DNA of 63,935 bases, counting the filler. It is 17 parts of 17 records of this genome, joined end to end, with 100 filler letters (N's around TTAATTAATTAA, not from the genome) between each part and the next. Parts side by side here need not be neighbours in the genome. Positions count along the whole stretch, not along the records: positions 39,472 to 43,089 come from SRR9670534_886; positions 43,190 to 45,877 come from SRR9670534_887; positions 45,978 to 56,008 come from SRR9670534_890; 14 more parts are not named here. One strand, written 5' to 3'. The position numbers and the translations under genes are program-made. The notes below the pieces were generated by a model, which was given only the letters and a program-made list of their open reading frames with translations, was not told the DNA's origin and did not search any database. Each line of letters opens with the position of its first letter. Position 1 is the first letter of the stretch. Shown in pieces: positions 39,537 to 52,400 of this stretch.

Positions 39537-41803
39537 GGATGCTGACTTTGGTGCCAATAAAGTTGGTGCAATGGAGGTCATACATGCAAGAAAAGAAGAC
39601 ATTCCAAGAATCTTCAAAATACGTGGTTCTCTTCTGGATGTACCTAAAATTAGGCAAGAATGTCTATTCTTAACCGGATCTGAAGAACCTGCCTACTGGA
39701 TCAAAATATTCTCAGGTGTACGGGACGCGTTGGAAAAACAAGAATATTCCAATAGAATTTGCCTGGTAATGAACATTGTGCGGCCACTTTTTTATACCTT
39801 AATAATTATTAATAAAAGAAACTTTAAAAAATCTAGAACAAATTTTAATTATAGAGACGTTATCCGGTAAATCACACCAATTTATAACATGCTGTCTTGT
39901 AGGATTATAGTGCGAAGGAGATACTGTATGAAACAACTCCTCATCATTTGAAACAAACCACATGTGCTGCCATACTGGATTCTAATAAATTTGTGGTAGC
40001 AAACGATGATTGCATGTATTACATTGATTTATCGCAAATGAGTATGTGTATCATGACGTCATCGATGATCTTGTCGAAAATATTTACTGAAATTTTTTAG
40101 CTGCTTCTGTTTTGCAACACGTCAAGAAGTGTTTTCAAGTAGAAGTTTTGCCAAAGGAGGAATTGGTGATATTACTATCTGGGAAGGGTAGACAACTCAA
40201 ACTGATACCCACGTCGGGTTTGCTTCATGATACGAACGAACCTATTAAAATTCAAGAAGCCAGAAATTGTACACTTTTTACCGTTGGACTTGTTCAACAA
40301 GGAAAATGCCATTATTTGTGTGCTGTTCTACGAAGTAGAATTCTAGTATATGTTATTACGAAATCACAGACAAGACATAGATTCATCAGAGAAATCAAAG
40401 TAGAAACTCAAGTTACGTGGTGCCAAATTATCAACGAAAGACTCTTTGTTATAACATCTAAAAATGAATTCAGAATTTATAGTCTGCAATCAGAGTCGCA
40501 ATATGCCACTCAGACTTTGTTAATTAATACCAGCGATTATTCACTGCATTTTACCAGAGATGAAGGCTATGATGCATTAGCTGTTATAAATATTTCACAA
40601 AGGGAATATCTAGTTGTTTATAAGTGTAAGTAATGTAATTTTTATTAATAATATTCATAAAAAGCTTATAAGCAGCATCCTGATTTAGATGTCGCTGTTT
40701 ACATTGACAATGAGGGTTCTAGATCCAGACAAGAGGAGCTTGTCTTTGTTAACCAACCAATTTATGTTTGTAAGTTCATTTGGTAAATTGTAATTATTGG
40801 TAGGCTACCGTAGGTTATGGTTTCAGTAATATTGAATATTGAAAAATAAGGATAAATCAGCTTATCGATTTTCAATTCTTTTTAAATTTAGGCTTTAATA
40901 CTCCCCATTTGGTTTGTTTCTGTGATGCTGGCATTGACATATATGATGTTTACAGGGTTAAGTGGATTCAGAATATAGCTTTAACAAGTCCTAAACCCTT
41001 AACAAAGGATGGCATTTTATGTCTTTCACTTGTTAATGAAACTCACAGGTTGATATATTTAAAGAACAATTGCTGGGAAGAGGATAAACTCAACATACCA
41101 GATAGTGTCATCAAAAGAACTCAAAGTATCAAAAAAAGAGATAAAAAACAAAGAGTTAATTCAATGCGTAATCCTGAAGATTTGAAGTCTATGATTTCAC
41201 AGCCCTCCGATTTCAGACACATTACTCATATTGGTAAAAACGGAGGCGGCGGAGGAGGTGGGGTCCCGTCAGTTTCTCCCCCCAATATTCATCCGTAAGT
41301 GATTTTGTTATTATCAATAGAAGATTATGTTTCTAGATGATGTTCTTTAGAGTGGACAAAAAAGCTTTAATTTCTGGTCCGTTAGATTTTAAACATGTTC
41401 AACATTTTGGTCACAGTCTAAATCCTAAGTCAAGCACAGCAAAAACTGCTTTCACTACATCCTCAACTCTATCAGGTGCATACTTTGTTATTCATTACAC
41501 ATGTACAATTCTAATGTTCTTACAATTTAAAAATTAGGTTCATCACCAAATGCTGAAAATACAGCTTTGTCTAGTTCCAGTAAATTTGGTGGATATAGTC
41601 AAGATAATTCAAGTAGTAGCAGTGACATTGAATCAGAAACAGACCTCCAACTTTCTATTCCAAGTGGACAAGAAAGTCCTTCGTTATTGCAATCAGTTAC
41701 TGAGGAATTTGAAAGACTTACCTCTTCCTCCAGAAATAGTTCATCACATGGTGCTAGCAAAACTTCAGAACCCTTTGTAGATGAAAGTAGCTTTCACTTA
41801 TGA
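39537..41803 (+). CDS. CDC42BP: MRCK/Genghis khan kinase C-terminal part (PH, CNH, CRIB), 5' truncated
   Basis: EVIHARKEDIPRIF; CNH motifs ILLSGKGRQLKL and GIDIYDV...WIQ; CRIB ISQPSDFRHITHIG. Confidence 0.9.
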
Positions 41804-42664
41804 TACAATGCAATGTACTTAATAACTACCTACCATATACATACTAGTATAACTAGTACAATATTATCCATATACATCCATGGGTCCTTTTTACTAATTA
41901 CGTATATAAAACAAAGTAGCTGTTGTTTTTTTGCGCCGATTTTTTGAGCTGGTACATTTGTACAGGATAATATTGTATTGCTGTCAGTTTGAACCATACT
42001 TTATGACACGTTAATATGCAAATTAAGTTCATTTGATTTATTGTCAAAAGACAGTTCTTCCAACTGTATTTTATTTATAATTTGAATATTTTAGCTAGTT
42101 ATTAGCATTTCCTACTTCTTCAGAAATATGTGTGAAGGAAATGGTTTTTAAGCTTTTCACATAGCCTTTGTACCCAATTTTCAGTATGTCCTCCTGTTCT
42201 TTTTTGAGTGTAGTGACTTTACTAGTATTCATATATGTACGTCACAGTTATTATATGTATATTGCTACTATGCAATTCCAAAGGTGCATTCTCATGTTAT
42301 TGCAATCAATGTTCCATTATTTTTTGTTGTGGTAAAATTTACGTGGATGTATGCTGACATTATTATGTTTATTACATAACTGTTATTAAATGTAAGTTTG
42401 TTATGTTATTGATTGGGTTATTTTGCATGAAAGTGCAAGTGTTGTACAATTGTGTCGTTCTGAACGAATCGTTCAGCAGCGAACATAGCTTCTTGTTTGA
42501 TTTTCTTAAAAATAAAATTTTGAAATAAAAGCAAAAGAAAAGAAAATTATAATTGAAATAGTAAAATAAAATTTCGACAGACTTCATTATGTTATGATTC
42601 TGCGAAATATACGGAAAGACCAAAGCTTTTTTACTCTTCACTAATAAGGCTTTGGGAAAGATTC

Positions 42665-42716
42665 ATTAGTGGATTGGTTGCTGCGTAACGTAATTATTTC
42701 CAAGATGGCGACCGCC
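42665..42716 (+). promoter_or_regulatory. Putative ZSWIM2 promoter (CCAAT box and YY1-like AAGATGGCG)
   Basis: gattggtt at 42672 and caagatggcg at 42701, in a CpG-retaining patch just upstream of the ATG. Confidence 0.45.
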
Positions 42717-42768
42717 TTACTTTCATGATTCATTTTTGAAACTGCAATACTGTTCATAGGTATTACTT

Positions 42769-43089
42769 ATGCAATCGCTACGTTCATCCTGCCCTGAAGT
42801 GGTTGAAAAACGCCAAGATGAGGCCGTTAGCACGTCGATGCTCATATTGGCTCAAACTGGACCTACTGCATTTGTACTAAAAGTTGAAAGCGAATCTAAA
42901 ACATACAAGGTTTTATTTTTTAAATTTCAATAATTTACGTCCAAAGGTTTTATCATAGCTATATTATGTGATTTATATAGGTTTGCCTTGGATCACCTCA
43001 TACCTGCACTTGTTTGACATATCTGAAGGAAAAGGAATTGTGCATCCATATTTTATGGATTTTGCTCAAAAGATTTAAAATTCCTGATT
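42769..43089 (+). CDS. ZSWIM2: ZSWIM2 E3 ligase N-terminus (SWIM finger), 3' truncated
   Basis: RQDEAVSTSMLILAQTGPTAFVLK..YK|VCLGSPHTCTC..ELCIHILWILLKRFK. Confidence 0.9.
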
Positions 43090-43639
43090 NNNNNNNNNNN
43101 NNNNNNNNNNNNNNNNNNNNNNNNNNNNNNNNNTTAATTAATTAANNNNNNNNNNNNNNNNNNNNNNNNNNNNNNNNNNNNNNNNNNNNAAATTTGTTGC
43201 ACAGTGTAATTATAATTATTACTATAGTAGCATAGCTATATTTTTTGTTACAATAATATTATTATTAATATTATTTTTTTATTTACTGAAATACATAACA
43301 AATTATTACTAACAATTTTCAAAAGCATATATGCTTTTGCTATAGCTAATTATAATTAAATTTCTAGTTAATGTACTTTATATATTTAGTATTCAATATA
43401 CTAAAATATATTACTATCATCTTTTTTCTATTGATATCAAAATTCTTCTAATAATATCTTTTGTTTTTAATAATGTAAAAATAGAGTTAATTTGTAAAAA
43501 TATAGTTACTCTTTTTTTAGTCTTTTGTTAATTTATTTATAAATACATTTAAATTAATTGTAAGAAAACATAAAAATAAAGTAAAAAAAAATAATTTAAA
43601 AATTAGTAACTATATTTATAAAAATAAAATTTAATAACC

Positions 43640-45600
43640 TGAGGTGGTAAATCATAAGTATATTGATGATAAATGGAATGAGCTTAAAACAATGATGCAA
43701 AATGCCATAGACAACAATGTGCCAAAGAAGAATCATGATAGTGAGAATTTACGTGAGGCAAAAAGGGAATGGAACATAGCCACAAGACGTTATGACTATC
43801 TACCATGTGATACTAATCAATTACTTCTAAATGATGCATGTAGGGAGGTGAGGGTACAGATCTGGTGGAATGATTTATATCATGATAGGGATAACACAAA
43901 ATTCCTAAAAAGTAATCCCAGGCTATTTTGGAACAAAATGGACAAAAAGAGATCTGAGATATTTAAAATACCTCCTCTAAAGGATAGTTCCAATAGCAGA
44001 ATAGTTATAGAAGACATTGACAAGGCAAATGTCTTAAATAAATTCTTCCAATCTGTGTTCACAAGAGATATTAGAACCAACTTCCCAAAAACAAAAGAAT
44101 TGAATAAAACTCTACGAATGCCAAAGTTCAAGAGGTGGGAATTAAATGAGGTTATCAAAAAGTCTAACAATTTCACTTCACCTGGACTTGACAACATTCT
44201 CATCATGCTCTACAAGCATAGTGGAAATCTATTCCAAACAAAATTACTTCAATATTACAATCTTCTCCTGAACAATGGCTTGTATCCATCTGAATGGAAG
44301 TTGTCAATAATAACACCAATATATATATTAGGAAAAGGATTGAGGCCTTTTGGCTAACAACAGGATTTATCAACTTATCCCAACATGGGTTCTTAACAGG
44401 AAAAGACTGTATCTTGCAAATGGTAGAATACGTAGATTACATACTACGAAACTATGAGAGAGGCCTCTCAAAACACACAATATACACAGATTTCAAAAAA
44501 GCCTTTGACACAGTTAGCCACAATGCACTTGAGACCCTACTCCTGAGGGCCGATATCCGAGGAAATCTACTTAAATTAATAATGAACTTCCTTAGAGGAC
44601 GACAACAGTGTGTAAGAGTGAATTCCTCTGTATCGGATTTTGCCGATGTTCATAGTGGGGTTCCTCAGGGTAGTGTTCTAGGATCATTACTATTTCTTCT
44701 AATGATAAACTCAATTGATGAGGTAATTAAATATATGCATCTATGGAAATATGCTGATGATATGAAATTAGCTACTCATCAAAACAACTTTCATCATATA
44801 CAAAAGGATCTAGATAGCATCAGTGAATGTCTAAAGACTGGATGCTTCAATTTGCACCAGAAAAATGTAAACACATACAATTCTTTACGAAGAAAATGCC
44901 TCCAGCACCACTTTCCATCTGCAACCATGTCTTAGAAATCTCAAATTTAGAAAGGGATTTAGGCATTATGATGGACTCCAATCTGACATTCCATAAGCAT
45001 GTAAACAAAATTATACAAAAGGTAAAACCAACACTGATAGGAATTATGATATCTTACACATCAAGAGAAATTGAAACATTAATGCTGCTTTATAAGAGTT
45101 ATGTCTCCCCACTTTTTAGATTTGGTAGCCCATTACTATTACACATAATGAAGAGTGATATAGTAAAACTGGACAAATTGCAAAAACACTTTATAAAACA
45201 TTTATACTACCCAAGACAAAGTGATACCAACAATTACAGAAAGAAACTGGATTATATAGGTATTTTTAGCATTGAAAACCTATTCATCTATCACTCGCTA
45301 TTATTAGCCTATCAAATAATAGTACAAAAAAATCATCCAAAACTACACGACTTGCTAAAATTTAAGGTTAATCCGTTAAGGAGACACCCACACGAATTAA
45401 GTAATGAACTATGGTTGAAGACAAAAGTTAAAAACTTTTTTATAAATTCCATTTACATACACTGGAATGATCTTTCTAGAGAGGCCTTTAATATAAAAAG
45501 TAAAGACTACTTTAAACGAGAACTCAAAAAACATCTGTTCTCCAAACAGATAAAGAATGTTTCCCTGGATAACATTTAATGTAGACCACAAAAAAGGCTT
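43640..45600 (+). mobile_element. CR1/L2-type LINE reverse transcriptase, frameshifted and 5' truncated
   Basis: KANVLNKFFQSVFT, SPGLDNI, YTDFKKAFDTVSH, SGVPQGSVLG, YADD and ERDLGI, spread over three frames. Confidence 0.95.
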
Positions 45601-46414
45601 TACACTTTTTCCATATAATTAAAAACTAACAAATATCCTAACATAAGTTATACTTTAATTAACAAGTTTTTCTATAAATGTTTAAATATGTGTCATTGTT
45701 ATTTTAGGATATTGAATGAGATTCTGTTGGATCAAAAGCCTTGGTAAAGTGTTCCATGTCTCATTCCTTATAACACACTGTGCTATATGTTTTTATCATT
45801 ATTTGATTTACAATTTTTTCTGTCCAATTTTTGGTGATGTTTTTATGTACTAACTATAGTGCCATGACATAACTGTTNNNNNNNNNNNNNNNNNNNNNNN
45901 NNNNNNNNNNNNNNNNNNNNNTTAATTAATTAANNNNNNNNNNNNNNNNNNNNNNNNNNNNNNNNNNNNNNNNNNNNATATTCAAATGAATTTTCAAAAA
46001 AAATTTTCTTTTTGAGACACCCTAATGAATTATAGTGCAGTTTATATTATAAGGTTTAATGCTCTATTGGTGTGCATAAATCAATCTATTATAAGTGCAA
46101 TAACTTTTTTCAATAATAACTAATGTTATTATTATTAATAACAATAAGCCTTATTTATGATATCTAGAACAAATATGAATTTATTGATATTATTATTATT
46201 AATAATAATATAGCATATGTCAATATAACCAATAAGATTGCAGGAGAATGACATTCAAAAACATGAATATTAATAACAAATAACAATGGTACAAAGGATG
46301 TAAACAAATAGACACATAGAATAACTGTAACTATTTTATTAATTATTTTTTGTTAGCTGAATAGTATGTAATTATTCAAATAATTTGAAAATAATACTTC
46401 GTGAAGTTTGGCAT

Positions 46415-49400
46415 TTAGTCACGTTTTGCTTTACTCCACTGAATAAGTAGTGTAGAATCTCGAAATATATAAACTAGCTTTTCATATAATTCTTGTTCCA
46501 AGTAAAATTCTTTGGCAGATCGTGTAAGGTAAATATCTAGGCATAGCCTTATGATGCGATCAGGATATGGAAGTTCTTCATAAGGAATCTGTCTATAGAT
46601 GCCGCTAACAAACGTGCGCACAAACTGGCCAACAATGAACACCATAGAAACATACAACCCCATAATGCTAAAAAGTTTTAAAAGTTTTCAATATAAGCTT
46701 ACCACTACCATTACAATACCCATATCCAGCAAAAAACGAAAAACTTTCTGGTGCAACACGGTCGTTAAAAGCTATAATGCTAAGAAAATCAGTTCTTTTC
46801 TTATTCCTAATGCTTTTGGGAAGCCATGTGCTGTGACCACCTAACAACTCTGAAACCTCCCACCATTCAGAAAAAGAACCGTTTTTTCCAGAGTTTCTTA
46901 GTGTTAAACTGACATTGCTGAACATATACGATGCATCTAATAATACATGCTTCCTTTATCAAATATACAATAATAAATCATAAACAAACAAAGAAGTTAT
47001 TAACTTTATTACTTGACAGTAGTTGAGAAACGTATTCTGATTTTCGGCTAGCAGGAACTTTCACAAATCTCGGAAAAAGAGCCGTAACTTGCCTAAATTT
47101 GAATTTTTATATACTTTTTGCGATACCTTCATATGGCCACGCCCTATTGCTTCATTGGCTGTACGATCAATAAGGCGGAGCTACATTGATTGTTATGCCA
47201 ATATGTAGTTTATTTGGTTTACGTGAGCGATTATTGAGTCCACGTATAAGTTCACACCAATTAGGCCCGAACATATGAACAATGTAGCTCAGTTGATTTA
47301 TGTATTCGAATAATTGCAGACAAAATGACATCATACACTGCATCTTGCGATTTTCCTTCCATTAAATTCGCAAATTCTTCTCGAGTGCGGTCGTCATGCT
47401 CTAACTCGGCATTGTGAATATTGCTGACGGTATCTTGAACTAAGGCTGTATTTTCTGGTTCCCTCGTAAATTGCCATGAAAAAGCAATGTTAATCTTGTG
47501 TTCAGACTTCAAATCGGCGATTAAAGCTGCTTTTCCTGGTGGACTTATATCCCAAACTGAGCTAGAATTGCCCTGTATAGTTACCCATGTCATATCATCA
47601 TGGCTGTATTCAATAATAAACGATTGAGCTTCCTAAAAATATAATAGTTTAGTCAATCAGGTAGGTAATACATACTACGCACAGGTACGCGATGGGCAAA
47701 TAAACCCAAGCAGTGCATGTACCACTGGCACACAATATACCAGTCATGCACTACCAAGGTTTGTTCAATCATTCATACAATGTATATGTAATTATGTAGC
47801 AATTACGTAATTATTAGTTAATTTCTTATTGCAATTAGGTTATTGCATTTTTGTACATGTCACGTTTTTCGTGACATGTGTTGTAGTACACTGTATGAAT
47901 GATTGTATTTTATCCCCCATGACCCCATGACCACAAGTACTAGTTGCGAAGTTCTATAGTAGAACTGTAACAATATAACTAGATAATTTCTCTGGTGGAA
48001 GCAGGGGTGGATGGTGGGGTAAACATTTTATTTAAATTTACCAAGACTACAGTAACGTAGTCTTGGCAAGATTATATTCAGAATAATACAAGTAGTGTAT
48101 GCAATGCATCTTATATGCAGCCGATCCCAAAACTAGTTTGTTACATTTTATTGTACCTATGAATCTTGTCATAGGTTCAATGCAACACTTTTCATGTCAG
48201 TTTACTCATAATAACAAAGGTGCATTATTTCTATAACAATTTCTTTAAGATTGTTGCCCATCGTCTAACCTGTGCTGTCCGCATTACAACAGTAAATTGC
48301 ATTTACTTACAGTAAGATGTAGAAAATGAACCTACCCTGTCTTTTTCGTAATAACTAAGCATATCTTTGTACTCACTTTCGGTAAACGTTCTGAGCTCTG
48401 CTTGCTGAGCACTCATTCGAAAAATAGGCTAGAACAGGGTTTACATTTTTTAGAATGTTAATTAATAATAATGATTATTTTAATAAAAATTCAATGAGAA
48501 AAACTTTCTTTAATTAATAATAACAATTTGAAAAGTACTATTGTAACAATATATACGCCAAGGTCGCAAAGTAGGCGCAGTTATAATTTTGTAAAAGTAT
48601 AACTCCACCCATTTCACGATCTTTTAATTTTATATAAGATTTGACTTGTATGCTTTTTAATTCTCATTTTAAATTTTAAATTATAATAAATTTTAATAAT
48701 TTTAAGTTTAATAAATTAAGATGTGCATAACAGATTTCAAGTTGTTATTAATATAAATGTTACCTGGTAACTTCCTAATCTAATTTCCACCGTGGCATCT
48801 ACAGGAGGATTGCGGATGCCAGCTGAATTTGCAAATGAGAAAAGTAATAATGGAAACCATATGATTCCTATGATTCCTAAAAGCAAAATTCCGCCACAAC
48901 CATACTTGACTAGGCTTCTTCTCTTAGCGCCTCTTGGTATAGGATATGTCTATCAAAAAAAGATCACATTTGACAACCTTAGTTTAAATTTTAATAAAAA
49001 CTTTGCTCGACATAATTTTTAGATTTTTACTTCTTCCTGAGTTCTCCAACATTTAATAATGTACATATTAGAATAAATATCTTCCATTTGAAGCCAATTA
49101 GACAAGGACAACGTAGTATCCGTCCACATCCAATCCATGAGCGACCTTAATTCCAATAAAAATGGAATAAGCAAAAATCTAAAAGATAAGTATTAAGAAC
49201 AATCGCTATTACGTAACGATTACTAAATACTGATAAATGGTCACCCTCTATATAAAACAAAATTGACCATATTGTATTTTTTAGTTAAAAAGTTTCCAAG
49301 AATTCTAGTTGGATAGCCACAACGGACTTGGTATGCAGATAGGCCAAAATAAATGCATTTGGTAAAATACCAGAGTTGTGCAGGAATATTTTCTGTGAAC

Positions 49401-52400
49401 TTTCTAAATTATAAAAATGGTGTTAAAAATTATTGTAAGTGATTATTATCATTATTATTAATAATGAATTATTTGACTAAACACATACCTTTCAGTAACT
49501 GCAGGTAAAATATAAAACATCCATAAATGCGCCACTAAAACAATAACATACTGATAAAGTAATTTTCCAATAACATTTTTTCTTAGAAATAATGCTCGAT
49601 CGACAACAATCATGGCAAATTGCAGCATCAACATAATCAGGAATGGCTGAGGTACTTTGTTTTGTTCAATAAGTTTTGCAACATTGCTGCTTCCAGCCTT
49701 TTCCTATTCAACAATTTTAAATGACATAAAGTCATTGCTTTTTCCACAACCAATTATGTAATTTAATTGAATCATATACAATTTTAATTTTAAATTTTAA
49801 AAATGTAAATTTAAAAAAAATTAAATTTAAAATTTTAAAAAATTTAAAAAAATTAATTTTAAATTTTAAAAAGATTATAAATAATTAGCCTTAGATATTA
49901 AATATATGCATAAAATGTACCCCAAAAGCATAGTAACCAAAACATATAATTATAAAGCAAATGAAATCACAAATGAACATCATTGCATAGACATCTGCTG
50001 GTGGGTTGTTACTGTAGATTACTGCATGGAAGAAACTTCTCAATGGTTGAATGACTTTGCTCATTCTAAAATACAAAAGGCAAATATCAGTCATAATGGT
50101 GAAAGGGTATTATTTAATTCTTTTGTTATTCTATCAGATAAGTATAGATTCTTCACCTTCGCCTAATGTAGCGCTTCCTTCTAGCTATCACTGACTCCTT
50201 TTTCAATTTGGCAGATTTGCGCTGTATTTCATCTTCTTCATCCTCTGCAAATGGCGGAAGAATATATTGAATACATTGGACCTATAGTTATTTTAGGTAC
50301 TCTACTTTTGATTGTCTTATGTTCTGTAATATCCTGGTTATGGGGATACTGCTTATGTTGTTGTAAACGACGAACTGTAACAAGACATGAAGAACATGAA
50401 ATGAGGAGAGTGGACTCATGCGAGGAAATCGCATATATCAGCTATCATAACGAAAGAATGAAGGAACTAACTCAAAAAATGAGGGAAGAAAATGAACAAC
50501 TTAAGGAAGTATTTCACGAATTAAGCGGCACAAGCAAAAAAACCACAGTCAAATGGGATGATTTTTTGAAAGTGAAAAAACGCTTGTTTTAATAACAACA
50601 AAGGGACATAGGTACCTGCTACTACACTTTGAGAATATTCGACATCTGTTTCCGATTCATCCTCTGGCGGGGGACCACCAGCACCAAACAACGGTTTTCT
50701 TTCACTGTCAAGTTCAGACATAGAAACTGATTCAGAAGATGATTCGTCCTTTTCATGATCGTCTTTTTTAACAGGTGATACAGTTGCTTCTGTGGAGCTG
50801 ACAGGTTCTGTTTGTTCCTCAATATGTTGATCAACCAGTGGCACTTGCAATGAATATGGTAGCGTTTCTTGCGGCACAGCCTCAACAATGACAGGTCTTT
50901 CATCTTTGTCAGACCCAGAACTTTCATGCTCAAATCTACTGCTAACAGTGTCTGGATGAATGTATTCTGATCTGTCTTGCCAAAGACCTTGTTTCTATAA
51001 ATATTGTATTCTAGGTTGCTCAATTGAGCGATACATTACATATTAATATTAATAAAATAACCTTGAGTATGTTTCGATGGGTAAACAGCATTAGCAGCAA
51101 AACTAAGTCAAATGATGCATAATTATCTCTTTTTTCTATGCCTAATATTCTAGGAGGCCAAAATGGAGAATCATTATAACTCCCATCATTCCAAGGAAAA
51201 AATCCAAATTGAAAACAATACTTGATAACTACCACTGCCTAAATAAATTTACATCAAAATTTCTATATAATAATAGGCTTGTTGTTCTGACTTCAGTGTA
51301 AGTTATAACTGTGATCCAAAAACGCTTTGAAGGCCTTGGCGAGCTAAGCATAGCCCATAAGAAAACCATCAATGGCAATGGTAAAGACAAAATACTTGCA
51401 GACTGCATTTGATTTAAAATTATAACCAAATAACATAAAAATTCAGATCTGCTCATCAATGCATGGAATAAGCATACACAAAGCTTATATAATCTATTTT
51501 TCCTTTTGAAACTTGCATTTGAAGAAACAGTTTTTTCAGCCTCACTTTTTCTAAAATTTATTGAAATGTTATTGGGTTGTTCAAAAAAAAGCAATGACAA
51601 AAACGTCACCGTGTCAAGAGTTAAAAAATATAAACTATCTCAAAATATATAAAAATTACTAATAATAAATAAATTTTAAATCTAAAGATACCCATCCTCC
51701 TCTTTAACGATAGTGCTACCCTCGAAAGAATTTGTTTCTGTTCTCTTTTCATGAACAGGAGAATCAGTGACTGTAATCTCAATAAGTTGTGCTGAATCAT
51801 AACTAAAGCCTCGAAGTGGCGCCTTAGCGTCATCGTTATCACAATCGTATCCACAGTGAAAGTTAATGTGGGCTTCCCTGTGATCTTTCTGCAAAAGTGC
51901 AAAAAATGATTACTACTACATTATGACATATGATTACGATTACTATGTATTAAATAAACGGAAGACAAATTAACTAGGATATATTCAATAACATGATCTA
52001 ATTATGATAATAACAATTTTAAAAATTTCAAAAATTTAACTTATCCTTACAAGCTGTTTCTGTTTCAGGGTTTTTTTCTCTTGAGATAACTTGTTATAAA
52101 CATATAAATAATCTCTCGTACTATTAACCAGAAAATCCGTAATTTGATCCAATGAGGCACAAATTGCAGCATGTACAAGCAAAAACATTCTTCTGATTTT
52201 CTTGGGTGTAGCTACGATTAAATTTCCATACATATAATGTTATTACAATATTGTAAAATAGTGAATGAAATCTTACTGTCTTTTTCAATGTGTGCCAAAA
52301 TAATGTGTTCATCAAATAATACTTGAGAACCACCGCCACCATTTTCCTTTGAAACATCTATGGTTTCGAATGGTGGTGGCAAATGAACTGTACTGATGTA

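Noticed and set aside
40687-40697. AGATGTCGCTG at an MRCK exon start, and the copy at about 520
   Set aside because: Both overlap coding sequence and may be chance. The motif enrichment holds on the other 8 copies.
49780-49875. ttttaaaa tracts (also at 56109-56210)
   Set aside because: Simple low-complexity sequence.
50622-51023. 133-aa minus-strand ORF
   Set aside because: It is an off-frame reading of a Piezo exon. The true frame is [10 protein letters not shown].
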